64,000 nucleotides of DNA from Nitrospirota bacterium (GTDB lineage Bacteria > Nitrospirota > UBA9217). The translations under genes were made by a program, and so were the position numbers. The stretch's first letter is position 1. Each line of letters begins with the position of its first letter. Positions 31,491 to 40,545 of the stretch are shown here, piece by piece. The DNA is taken from positions 485,243 through 549,242 of the forward strand of contig CAVWIL010000007.1 of the NCBI GenBank assembly GCA_963755045.1, in the 5' to 3' direction. The notes under the pieces were generated by a model. That model was not told the DNA's origin. It was given only the letters and a program-made list of their open reading frames with translations, and searched no databases.

Positions 31491-31667
31491 AGGGGCACCC
31501 ATTTAAAGGGCACCGTCAAGCGAAAAAAGCTATCTTGTGACGAGAAACGAAACGTTTCTCGTCGAGCCTTTTCGTTAGCCTCAGCCTTAGCATTGTCCCG
31601 CCTCGGCGGGATTTCGGTATCAGTCTCTATCCCGCCATGGCGGGATCACCCATCAGGATTAAGGTCA
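31491..31667. repeat. structured inverted-repeat element, copy B (inverted relative to copy A); right boundary of the adhesin cassette
   Basis: Reverse complement aligns to 25139..25315 over about 177 bp. Palindromes are preserved: CGACGAGAAACGaaaCGTTTCTCGTCG, CCCGCCtcGGCGGG, CCCGCCATGGCGGG. Confidence 0.85.
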
Positions 31668-31717
31668 TTGGTGAAGCGCTTTATCCATTGACACTTTCCG
31701 CCTTCTGGCGGACCATA

Positions 31718-31815
31718 GGCTTTTGGGGGACGTAGTGACCGAGATGAACTTATTCTTTTTCTGCAAGTGTTAAGTGCATTTAATCAACTTCGGTCATTAC
31801 GTCCCCTTTCGGTCC
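31718..31815 (+). repeat. dispersed repeat family R2, copy a (long hairpin GGGGACGTAGTGACCGAG ... CTTCGGTCAtTACGtCCCC)
   Basis: About 90% identical to 32721..32818. Overlaps the 3' end of the PilZ gene. Confidence 0.8.
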
Positions 31816-32511
31816 CGTGTCTTCGATATTTTTAACGCAGTCTATGAATCTTATAAGCAACGGCCTGCCCCGATCCGTCACTCCTGAGAATTCTACCCCT
31901 ATGTCGAAACTTGCATGCACCCTATCCTGCAGCATGCGACATGAAACGATTTTTCCCACAAAGCTTACAAGATCACAAGCGTCGAGTGACAACTCCAGGA
32001 AGACCAGGCCGTCTATCTTCATTTCATGATCAGTTTGAATAATTATACCCTTTGGGCTGATATCTTTTATGCTGAACTGCGTTGGCAGATTCAGAACTTT
32101 TCCGCTGGTCGTTGTGATGATAAACCGGATATCGCGATAGAACCAGTCAGTCTGCTCCGGCACTTGTGTTTTTTTGTTATTTTCAATTGAATCAAGAAAA
32201 TCCTTAACCGTACCTGTGAATTCATTTTTGAAAAACATACCTACCGAGTAAATAGTTATTTTTTCCCCATCAGCTCTTTCTTCAATTCCGCTTAATTCGG
32301 AACGAACCACTATTCCCTTTACATTAATATGTTTTCCCTCGTGTTCCAACATCATCAAACACTCTTTCCCTATATTGAGCTTCCTGTCAGCCTTTAACGC
32401 AACTCCGCCCAAGCTTATATCAACAATTTCTACTTTACCAACTAGGCTCATCTTGCTACTCAGATCGATTAAATCCAATTTGAATCTCTGGTGTTTCCTC
32501 ATATTCCGCAT
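31780..32511 (-). CDS. tandem PilZ-domain protein (c-di-GMP receptor)
   Basis: Two PilZ-like modules: RKHQRF ... DISLGGVAL, then a second beta-barrel region. Flanked by R2 repeats. Confidence 0.65.
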   Translation of the reverse strand: MRNMRKHQRFKLDLIDLSSKMSLVGKVEIVDISLGGVALKADRKLNIGKECLMMLEHEGKHINVKGIVVRSELSGIEERADGEKITIYSVGMFFKNEFTGTVKDFLDSIENNKKTQVPEQTDWFYRDIRFIITTTSGKVLNLPTQFSIKDISPKGIIIQTDHEMKIDGLVFLELSLDACDLVSFVGKIVSCRMLQDRVHASFDIGVEFSGVTDRGRPLLIRFIDCVKNIEDTGPKGDVMTEVD

Positions 32512-32720
32512 TATGTAACTCCAATTGCTATCGTCTCCGATTTCGTATTGATGACGAGGACGGGTACAACTTCAGGAAGGTCATCGCACATGTTTTAATA
32601 TTAACACTTCTATAGCGAATTGCAAGACTCAGACTATCTCATGTCAAGCTAAAATAATAATGTCCGGTTTTTAAGGAACAGTAATTGGCTGTTCCTGGTT
32701 TATTCGTTTTGGCTTATGCA

Positions 32721-32818
32721 GGCATTTGGGGGACGTAGTGACCGAGATGAACGTATTCTTTTTCTGTAAGTGTTAAGTGCATTTAATCCACTTCGGTCAC
32801 TACGGCCCCTTTCGGTCC
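32721..32818 (+). repeat. dispersed repeat family R2, copy b
   Basis: GGCaTTTGGGGGACGTAGTGACCGAGATGAAC.TATTCTTTTTCTG.AAGTGTTAAGTGCATTTAATC.ACTTCGGTCA.TACG.CCCCTTTCGGTCC is shared with copy a. Confidence 0.8.
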
Positions 32819-32927
32819 TTAACATCGAAGATCTGACTCCGATTGGTCCCCATATTCGATTCGAAGATGACGGGAGATAAACGACTGTATCACGAATAAA
32901 AAGAGAATGTCAAAAGGGCACTTGACC

Positions 32928-33251
32928 CTATTTGTTTGACTGCTGCTGAAGTCTTGGCATTCTCAGGATCCTTTCACTTCGCCAGATCCGAACAATACGC
33001 ACTTTGTTTTTATCATATCGATAAACAATGCGAAAAGGAGGGTAAATGATCTCTCGCAGATGTTCGACATGAAACTCAGGTACGACGCGACCGCTCAGCG
33101 GATGCGCGCCCAGCCGCTCAATCTTTGTAATGATCTCAGCAATAAGCCTTGTCCCCACATCATGCACACCTTCGCCCGCGTAGTAGGACTGCATGTCCTC
33201 AAGGTCCTTGATCGCCGAAGCAGCAAATGTTATCCGTGCCTGTTCAGCCAT
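32928..33251 (-). CDS. parE: type II toxin-antitoxin system toxin, ParE/RelE family
   Basis: ERLGAHPLSGRVVPEFHVEHLREIIYPPFRIVYRYDKNKVRIVRIWRSER matches the ParE fold. Overlaps the upstream antitoxin gene by about 22 nt. Confidence 0.7.
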   Translation of the reverse strand: MAEQARITFAASAIKDLEDMQSYYAGEGVHDVGTRLIAEIITKIERLGAHPLSGRVVPEFHVEHLREIIYPPFRIVYRYDKNKVRIVRIWRSERILRMPRLQQQSNK

Positions 33252-33526
33252 GGGATCACTTCAGACCAAGGCGCTTTTTCGCCTCGGAGAGCGGTGATCT
33301 CGCGGCCTTCTTCCAGGTCCATCAGCCCCTTCACGACTCCCTGCATAAAGGCGCGCTCTTCGGTCTCTTCCTCATAATCCTTGAGCGATCGGACCACGGC
33401 AACTCCGCGGCCCCTGCTCGTGAGTAAAATAGGCCGGTGCGTCTCTTGCGCGTGGGAAACCACCTTGCCGGGGTTCACCTTCAGGTCGCTGAGGGGGACG
33501 ATGTCTTCGGAAAACTTGGTACTCAT
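33230..33526 (-). CDS. type II antitoxin, Phd/YefM family
   Basis: SDLKVNPGKVV ... PILLTSRGRGVAVVRSLKDYE pattern. Directly upstream of the ParE gene. Confidence 0.7.
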   Translation of the reverse strand: MSTKFSEDIVPLSDLKVNPGKVVSHAQETHRPILLTSRGRGVAVVRSLKDYEEETEERAFMQGVVKGLMDLEEGREITALRGEKAPWSEVIPWLNRHG

Positions 33527-33747
33527 AATAGACCTCCTTAATGGTATTGTTAATAGGTCCTATTATAGCACTTATATACAGGTCTGTATATAAGTGCTTC
33601 TTAATGGAAGGTCAAGCCGCAAGACCCTATTGCCTTCTCATGCATGCCTTCTTCTTTTAAAAAAATCACCTTGTCGTATTGTTGCGCATATTGTAATATG
33701 TACCCGAACTCAAATCAACGGCCTGCGGCCAACTAAGGAGGATCGTA

Positions 33748-34134
33748 ATGGAACCAAAGAAATTTTTATTTGTCCTGTCCCATGCAACGTCAAATCCCAT
33801 GGAAGTGATCGTCATGCTTAAAATCGCCTCCAATATGAAGGCATTCGACGACACGGCAGAGGTGGCGGTTTTTCTTGTCGGTGAAGGCGTCCAGCTTGCC
33901 AAAAAAGGAGTGGGAAAAACCATATCCATGGAATTGGAAGGCAGTCAAGTCAATGTCGGTGAGCTGATGGATATGACCGTCGATCTTGGTATTAAGTTTT
34001 ATGTATGCCACGCCTTCATGACTGGCTTCGGCGTTCTCAAGGAAGAATTTATCGAAAATGCGGAAATGAAATCGAGTTCCTACCTCGGCGAGCTGCTCCT
34101 GGCCGGCTACACTCCCTTTCCAATGGCGATGTAG
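33748..34134 (+). CDS. DsrE/DsrF-like (TusD-like sulfur-relay fold) family protein
   Basis: KFLFVLSH ... AEVAVFLVGEGVQLAKKG pattern. Good RBS AAGGAGG. Confidence 0.5.
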   Translation: MEPKKFLFVLSHATSNPMEVIVMLKIASNMKAFDDTAEVAVFLVGEGVQLAKKGVGKTISMELEGSQVNVGELMDMTVDLGIKFYVCHAFMTGFGVLKEEFIENAEMKSSSYLGELLLAGYTPFPMAM

Positions 34135-34252
34135 CTGCGATTCGGACTCAGGTAATGAAAGAATCTCAGGGGACATCCCATATTTATTCTTGACAGAATC
34201 AATATAGGATGTCCCTTTTCATTTCCCCTTTGAGCAGGTCACCTGCAGCGGG

Positions 34253-35164
34253 TCAGATACGATGAGCAGTTCCCCGCTCTTCCAGAAATTGCCGCACTTC
34301 CGCAAGCCGTGGAATGCCCGCCCGTCCGCCGAGCTTCCTGCACTTCATAGCAGCAACAGCCGACGCAAAGCGGATCGTGTCTTTGAGCGGCCACTTTTGA
34401 AGAAGGCCGTAGAGGTAGCCGCCGTGAAATACATCTCCGGCGCCGGTTGTGTCCACGATCTCGACGGAAAATGCGGGACAGGAAATCACCACATCATCCG
34501 CAAAGGTAACGCTTCCCCGGTTGCCAAGGGTGATGGTCGTGATACCGAAGCCAAGCTTCCTGACCTCCTGTCTGAACGATCCCGGATCATCCTTCCACCC
34601 CAGTTCCCTGGCGAACTCTTCGGATCCGACCACATAATCGCAGATGCGGGCAAGCTCAAGCATTCCGTCCCGGACACGGCCTGCGTCAAGCATCACGGGA
34701 ACGCCGGCTTTCCTGGCCTCCCGCGCGCTGAAAAGCGAAACGTCCTTCATGAGACCATCAAGGAGGAGAAACTCGGCATTGCTCAGGAAATCCTTCGGGA
34801 GTTCTTCCATTGCTAGCGAATCGCCGGTTGGCCGTTTCCAGAAGATCGTACGAGTTCCCATGGATTTATCGATGGCAATGAATGCAGTCTGGGACGAAGC
34901 GTTCGTTCGCTTGACCAGCCCTGCGACAGCGACTCCCTCTTCTATCAGAGACTTCCGGATTGCTGCGCCTTCCCGGTCATCTCCAATAACACCGTAGAAT
35001 TGGCAGGGCGCACCAAGACGCGACAACGCGGCCAACGCCGTCGCGACCGGTCCCCCTCCCTGTTCTTCCCACACAAGCACTTCTTTTTTGGTATCAGTCT
35101 GCGGAAAGCGATCGACAACCGCGAGCATATCCCAGGCACACTGCCCGATCCCCACAACAGCCAT
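34253..35164 (-). CDS. PfkB-family carbohydrate/nucleoside kinase (ribokinase-like)
   Basis: ATG 35164 after an AGGAGG RBS. Ribokinase signatures GGGPVATA and DTTGAGDVFHGG. Confidence 0.8.
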   Translation of the reverse strand: MAVVGIGQCAWDMLAVVDRFPQTDTKKEVLVWEEQGGGPVATALAALSRLGAPCQFYGVIGDDREGAAIRKSLIEEGVAVAGLVKRTNASSQTAFIAIDKSMGTRTIFWKRPTGDSLAMEELPKDFLSNAEFLLLDGLMKDVSLFSAREARKAGVPVMLDAGRVRDGMLELARICDYVVGSEEFARELGWKDDPGSFRQEVRKLGFGITTITLGNRGSVTFADDVVISCPAFSVEIVDTTGAGDVFHGGYLYGLLQKWPLKDTIRFASAVAAMKCRKLGGRAGIPRLAEVRQFLEERGTAHRI

Positions 35165-35595
35165 AATGAACCTCCTGAGAAACAAGGAAGAATTAAGAAG
35201 GTAGATGTAAAATTTATTAAATAGCTCAACTCTTACTTGCTTTCTTCTTAATTCTTAATTATTCCTTCTTACTGGACCTACCCTATCGTACCAGAAAACT
35301 CAGAGAACAGGAAGCAAGATGCGGATAGAATTAGCCTTGTCCTAAGGCCCCTCTCTTTCAAGGAGACGGACCGGGTGAGGATGGGTTCGTCTTATCGGGG
35401 ATTTAGTGGAGATAAGGTTAGAGAATAAACTAGAGAGAGAAGTTTAATATAGCAGTTGAAAATTCGGCAAAAATGTCAAAACGCAAGACCTGATTCTATG
35501 ATGTTCTCAACTATATGGAAAATGCAAAGGCATAGACGTTATTATAAGATGTTCCTAAGATGTTCGAGGAAGCAAGATGTGCGCCGTTTCACTGG

Positions 35596-36910
35596 AACTT
35601 GTAAAGAGTTTTGTGTAAATGACCTTTCGGTTTAGGGTGGCGGCATTCTTGTCTCGAAGATAATCGTAAACTGATTCAGAGCCGACTTCCAGTCATGGAT
35701 CGGCATGGTCCATTTCTTCGAGACGTTCATCATGGCCAAGTATAGCAGTTTCGTCATGGCTTCGTCGTTTGGGAAGGAGCCTCGGTTCTTCGTTACCTTC
35801 CGGAGCGACATGTTCATTGATTCGATGGCGTTGGTCGTGTAGATGGCCTTCCTGATTTCCGGCGGATAGCCAAAGAGCGGAATGATCCGCTCCCAGTTGT
35901 TCCGCCAGGATTTGGAGATCGTCGGATGACTCGCATCCCATTTATTGGCGAAGGCAATTAAGTTGGCGTCTGCCTGATCGACCGTGGGCGCGTGATAGAT
36001 ACCCTTAAGGTCTGCAGCTACTTCCTTGCGCTGCTTCCAGGAAACATAGCGCAGGCTGTTGCGGACCATATGGACGATGCACAGCTGAACCTGAGTATCC
36101 GGAAATACCGCTTCTATCGCTTCGGGAAAGCCTTTGAGGCCGTCTACACAGGCGATGAAGATGTCCTTGACGCCCCGGTTCTTGAGTTCCGTTATTATTT
36201 GGAGCCAGAATTTAGCTCCCTCGGTCTCAGCGATCCACATGCCGAGGATGTCTTTTGTTCCGTCCCAGGTCACGCCGATAGCAAGGTAGACAGCCTTATT
36301 GATCACCGAGCCATTGTGCCGCACCTTAACCCGGACCGCGTCCAGGTACATGATAGGGTAGACCTCTTCGAGGGGACGGTTCTGCCACAGCGTGATTTCC
36401 TCGGTAATTGCATCGGTGACTTGAGAGACAAGCGCGGGCGATATTTCGACCCCGTACATTTCATGAAGATGCGCCTGGATGTCTCGGGTGGTCATCCCGC
36501 GAGCGTACATCGAGATGATCTTGTCGTCAAAGCCGGCGAATCGTGTCTCCCCTTTGGGAATGATCACCGGTTCGAAGGTCGAGTTCCGGTCCCGGGGGAC
36601 GGCGATTTCCATGTTGCCGAACTCGCCTTTGATGGTTTTCTTTGACTTGCCGTTCCGGGAATTGCCGCTCTTCTTTCCGGCCGGATCATGCTTATCATAG
36701 CCAAGATGAGCGGTCATCTCCGCTTTCATGGCTCTTTCCACAAGTGCTTTGGTTAGTTGCTTCAGAAGTCCGTTATCTCCTATGAGATCTTCGGGCTTCC
36801 TGTAGTTCTTCATTAAATCGTCGAGCAGTTCGTCTGTCGTGGCCATTGGTTCCTCCAGTTCGGTTGATTATACCGACTCTGGCCACTTACACAAATTATT
36901 TTACAGGCTC
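35596..36910 (-). mobile_element. IS256-family insertion sequence (about 1.3 kb), apparently intact, with imperfect ~30-bp terminal IRs and a 9-bp target-site duplication TTTCACTGG
   Basis: TTTCACTGG occurs at 35587-35595 and 36911-36919. Ends share TTTGTGTAA(A/G)TG(A/G)CC. A single Mutator-type transposase ORF lies inside. Confidence 0.85.
35632..36846 (-). CDS. IS256 family transposase (Mutator-like DDE)
   Basis: Full-length 404 aa with canonical IS256 motifs (YLDAVRVKVR, CVDGLKGFPEAI, YTTNAIESMN). Confidence 0.95.
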   Translation of the reverse strand: MATTDELLDDLMKNYRKPEDLIGDNGLLKQLTKALVERAMKAEMTAHLGYDKHDPAGKKSGNSRNGKSKKTIKGEFGNMEIAVPRDRNSTFEPVIIPKGETRFAGFDDKIISMYARGMTTRDIQAHLHEMYGVEISPALVSQVTDAITEEITLWQNRPLEEVYPIMYLDAVRVKVRHNGSVINKAVYLAIGVTWDGTKDILGMWIAETEGAKFWLQIITELKNRGVKDIFIACVDGLKGFPEAIEAVFPDTQVQLCIVHMVRNSLRYVSWKQRKEVAADLKGIYHAPTVDQADANLIAFANKWDASHPTISKSWRNNWERIIPLFGYPPEIRKAIYTTNAIESMNMSLRKVTKNRGSFPNDEAMTKLLYLAMMNVSKKWTMPIHDWKSALNQFTIIFETRMPPP

Positions 36911-37124
36911 TTTCACTGGCCCCTTGCTCGAGGCTAAATCTTATTTTTTTGATCTGAACTCGAAATGTTCTTAAATCTTGCTTTTTACTTCGAATGAGCT
37001 CTTCACCTCATGGTCCTTCTTCTGCTGCATTTCATGCACATGCTTCATTGTTATCTGTTTCTGGTGCTTATCTTTGTTCTTCTTCCCGCCTTGGGTACTG
37101 CTTTGTGCTTTGGGGACGTTGTTT

Positions 37125-37628
37125 CTATCTATGCTTTCCTGCCGTTCTCCTTACTGCCTTCCGCTTTCTCTCCGCTTCTGTCTTAGCCGCCTTTTTTTTT
37201 GTTATCTTCTTCTTCGCCTTTTTCTTTGGTGCATGCCAGTTGCGCGGGATGGGCTGCAGCATGCTGACGCGGTTGCCCTCAGGATCAACGAACGAGACAT
37301 AGCGTCCAACACCGGGTATCTCCATCGGCTCGCCGAGCACGGTTCCGCCCGCCTTGACTACCTTCCCGGCCGCTTTCTTGATATCGTTGACCGCGATGAC
37401 GATGGACGGATATTGCGCGGGCCAATCGGGTTTTTTCGGGTAAAATCCGCCGTTGATCGCACCGGGTCTTATGGGCCCCTTCTCGTTGGTTTCGACGGTT
37501 GTCGCGAGGACATAGTAGCCCATCTCCTCGCCAAACATCTGTGTCTGCCAGCCGAAAGCGGACTTATAGAACTTCGCCATGCGCAGACTGTCTTCGTACG
37601 GCATCTCAAAGTGAACAACGGGATCCAT
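37125..37628 (-). CDS. VOC (glyoxalase/bleomycin-resistance fold) family protein with a C-terminal poly-lysine tail
   Basis: HFEMPYEDSLRMAKFYKSAFGW VOC N-terminus. The tail reads PKKKAKKKITKKKAAKTEAERKRKAVRR. Confidence 0.6.
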   Translation of the reverse strand: MDPVVHFEMPYEDSLRMAKFYKSAFGWQTQMFGEEMGYYVLATTVETNEKGPIRPGAINGGFYPKKPDWPAQYPSIVIAVNDIKKAAGKVVKAGGTVLGEPMEIPGVGRYVSFVDPEGNRVSMLQPIPRNWHAPKKKAKKKITKKKAAKTEAERKRKAVRRTAGKHR

Positions 37629-37921
37629 AGTGTGTCCTCCTTGTCATTAGGAATTTTGAGTTACGAGTTTTGAGTTGTAAGTTTCGGGTTGAACGATTAT
37701 ACGAATGAGGCAAGCGTACTCTTTTTTGTTGAAAACGACAAGGAATTTTTCTAATGCGGAATGCGGAGGAGTAAAGACGTAATCAAGCTTTCTGCGCACG
37801 GATGGCTGAGAAGTTCTGACTGGGTGCCACTCTAATTACGAACATTGCACCTCTCCCTTTTCATCACCTTACATCAAAGGTGATAGATCGATCTCTTACC
37901 TTGGACCGCAGCCGCAACAGA

Positions 37922-38110
37922 TCACGCGGCCTTTTTCAGTTTCTCGAGAACGTTCTTCAGAACCTCTTCGTCTAGTTTCAGTTCTTCACGGCTTTCCAGC
38001 CGCATTCCCGAGGCAACCAACTCCCTGATCTGCGGAATCGTGGTCTCCTCCAGTTCCTGAACGAGCAGGTCCCGTTCCCTCTTCTCCAGGTTGACGATCA
38101 TACGACTCAC
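37922..38110 (-). CDS. small hypothetical protein (62 aa, charged helical)
   Basis: Short ORF with no family recognised. Confidence 0.25.
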   Translation of the reverse strand: MSRMIVNLEKRERDLLVQELEETTIPQIRELVASGMRLESREELKLDEEVLKNVLEKLKKAA

Positions 38111-38633
38111 CTCTTTTCCTTTGTAACGACTGGCCTTGATACTTTAAGTATATCACCGGACGAGAGATGAAGGGACCTATGCGGTTACATAGAGGCGATT
38201 GGACGATGTGGAAGACGTGCGGACTCCGACATGGAAAGTAATGAGAAAAAAGTTATGCCTTGAGTTTTGAGTATTTTGCGAGGCTGGTTCCAAAGTAGTT
38301 GCCTCAGCAGATGCTTCAGGCTACCCTCTCTGCTGCTGGTGAGGGCTTGCACACGGCATGATGCATGAAGGCATTTCGTATACTTACGGTACCTCTCCCC
38401 TCAAAACCCAAGGCAATCGAAGACGATTTATTCAAGAACCATGAAGAAAGTATAGCACGGATTTTCAAATTCGCAAGTTTCCGCTGTCTGATCCTTCTAG
38501 CGACATCTTCACCCCGGATTACCGCAACTTAACAATCAATTAGACCAACTTTGGGGCGGCTGATACTTACGGCGTATTTCAAGTTCCTGATTGATAATCA
38601 TCCTGCCCTGCTCGTCGTATGCCCATCTTCCCT

Positions 38634-39464
38634 TCACCTGTCCCTTACAAGCCTGCTCAACACATCGAGGTTCACTGACGTAGGATGGAACGCGCCCATC
38701 CATCGCATGCAGCGGTTCGCATCCAGGGGAATTCCCACCACGGGGATGTCCAAGCCCATGCACAGTCGCATGCCGCGGAAAAGCTCCGGGACGCAGGCCA
38801 CGCCCAGCACACCGATGCTTCCTTCCTTGTCCCTCAGTTCTCTGAGCAGCGATTTAAGGCTCGCGTTCATCCACAGGTAGGGCTCGACCCGTGCCTCTCT
38901 GAGGATCGCGCTCACGCGGTTGACGTAGCAGTCCTTCGAGCACCCCTTGCAGATAGTGTCGAGTTCACCAGGGCCGGACCGGCAGGTCGCGCTCAGATCG
39001 CGGAGACAGTAGGGAAGAAAGGCTATCCTGCGTTTGGCCCGCCTGAACGCTTCTCCCCAGGCCCGGTTGGCGAGCTCGATCAGGAGCATGTAAAGATGGT
39101 ACTGCTCCTCGGAGGTGAAGAGCGTGCCGTCCCACCGCTTGAGGAACGAGAGCTCTTTTAGATGAGCATCGACCAGGGCGGTATGGGGAGCGAGCAGGTC
39201 CCGTGCCGAGGTAACGGCGAGATGGATGAGACCGCTTTTTGACGGTCCGGACACGCGAAGCTGTTTTTTCAGGAACCGCTTTTTTCTGCTTGCCTGTTCC
39301 AGTGTCCTGATGAGGTCAAGGATATCGGGCTTAAGCTCCAGCAGGCGATCTGCAAGCGCACCGATCCTCCGATAATACTCCGCGGTCGCGGGCCCGTTCC
39401 CGAATAGGGAGTAGGTTTTACCCGCGACGCCGAGCGTCGATTCTGTTTTTTCTCTCGTAGCCAC
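38634..39464 (-). CDS. DUF116 domain-containing protein
   Basis: Conserved-Cys pattern LPYCLRDLSATC ... CKGCSKDCYV ... GVACVPE ... RCMRWMG, recalled as DUF116. Confidence 0.5.
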   Translation of the reverse strand: MATREKTESTLGVAGKTYSLFGNGPATAEYYRRIGALADRLLELKPDILDLIRTLEQASRKKRFLKKQLRVSGPSKSGLIHLAVTSARDLLAPHTALVDAHLKELSFLKRWDGTLFTSEEQYHLYMLLIELANRAWGEAFRRAKRRIAFLPYCLRDLSATCRSGPGELDTICKGCSKDCYVNRVSAILREARVEPYLWMNASLKSLLRELRDKEGSIGVLGVACVPELFRGMRLCMGLDIPVVGIPLDANRCMRWMGAFHPTSVNLDVLSRLVRDR

Positions 39465-39825
39465 AAGGCATTATCCCTCTTTTCAGCCAATAATGCACCA
39501 CCACTGAGATGAGCGGGAAGGTAGAATTTAATGCCACTAAGCGTTGAAGTTCCTGATTGACAGTGGTAGTCTAATTTCGCTGATGCGATCAAAATAAACA
39601 ACTCAAAATGACGACGTTGTTATCAGCACAGTCGGCAAGCATACGTATTTCCAATCGATTTTATTTATATCAAAAGGCATTCGTCTTGCATGATATATGA
39701 TTCGGAAAATATTTTGCGTTTGACGTACTCAAGAAGCGATGCTGCACTTTGAAACGACTGTGGCGAGAGTACGAACCGGGAAACGGCAACGTTTGCCGGT
39801 GCTTTTATCTTATCCGGGGCCATAA

Positions 39826-40395
39826 ATGTTCATTAAGGAACATGACATCACTGAACATAAAGAGCACACTGATATGTCCCATCATACCGCCCATACCCTC
39901 CTGGAACCGGCTGAATCTCTTCGTCAGGTAAAGACCCATTTACGTGCAGGCAGACAGGGTGAAGCTTTCGCATTAGTGAAAGAATCACTGGCTCTTTTCC
40001 CGAACGAGCCGGTTTTTCTTTCTTATTACGGGTACCTTATGGTGCTCGAGAAAAGGATGTACCGCAGGGGCATTGAGGCCTGTCAGAAGGCGATCAAAAC
40101 GCTTCAGATAAATGGCTCCTTTGATGAAGAAACGCTCTACCCGGTGTTCTATTATAACCTCAGCAAAGCATATTCAGCGGCAGGCAAAAAAAAAGAAGCC
40201 CGGGAAACTCTCAGGAGAGGACTCTCCTATTCCCCGGGGAACAACCACATGATGAAAGAGCTGCGGAGCCTGGGGATGAGAAGCGATAAACCTGCGCTCC
40301 CCTTCCTCCGAAGATCGAATCCGCTGAACAAATATATCGGGATCATGTTGCACAAGGGGGAAAAGCTTCGAAAGAGAAAAAGTGGGTTACCGTGA
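39826..40395 (+). CDS. TPR-repeat protein, hypothetical
   Basis: TPR-like helical repeats (EAFALVKESLALFPNEPVFLSYYGYLMV ...). Confidence 0.4.
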   Translation: MFIKEHDITEHKEHTDMSHHTAHTLLEPAESLRQVKTHLRAGRQGEAFALVKESLALFPNEPVFLSYYGYLMVLEKRMYRRGIEACQKAIKTLQINGSFDEETLYPVFYYNLSKAYSAAGKKKEARETLRRGLSYSPGNNHMMKELRSLGMRSDKPALPFLRRSNPLNKYIGIMLHKGEKLRKRKSGLP

Positions 40396-40545
40396 GCTAA
40401 GCATATCGACTAAGGGCAGATTGCTTTTACCAGCTATTGCAAGGTGAAGTAGAAGGTTGCGCCTCCGTCCTCGATAAATCATTCCATTTCGAAACTCAAA
40501 TGCTCTGTCTTCATATCGGTCTTGCTTCCCCTTTACGATATTCTC

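Noticed and set aside
32512-32720. c-di-GMP riboswitch upstream of the PilZ gene
   Set aside because: The leader sequence does not resemble the GEMM-I/II consensus, which has paired GNRA-tetraloop/receptor hairpins. The only strong structure is the R2 hairpin, which recurs elsewhere.
7626-32818. Integron attC-site interpretation of the R1/R2 gene-flanking repeats
   Set aside because: Copies within a pair are near-identical in sequence rather than only structurally similar. No intI/attI was seen. The flanked genes are not co-oriented in an array. The elements lack the RYYYAAC...GTTRRRY core arrangement at both ends.
36978-37673. Cys/Leu/Phe-rich plus-strand ORFs 36978..37673 and 36994..37302
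   Set aside because: They are low-complexity antisense reading of the poly-lysine (AAG/AAA-rich) tail and body of the VOC gene 37125..37628. The composition is an artefact.
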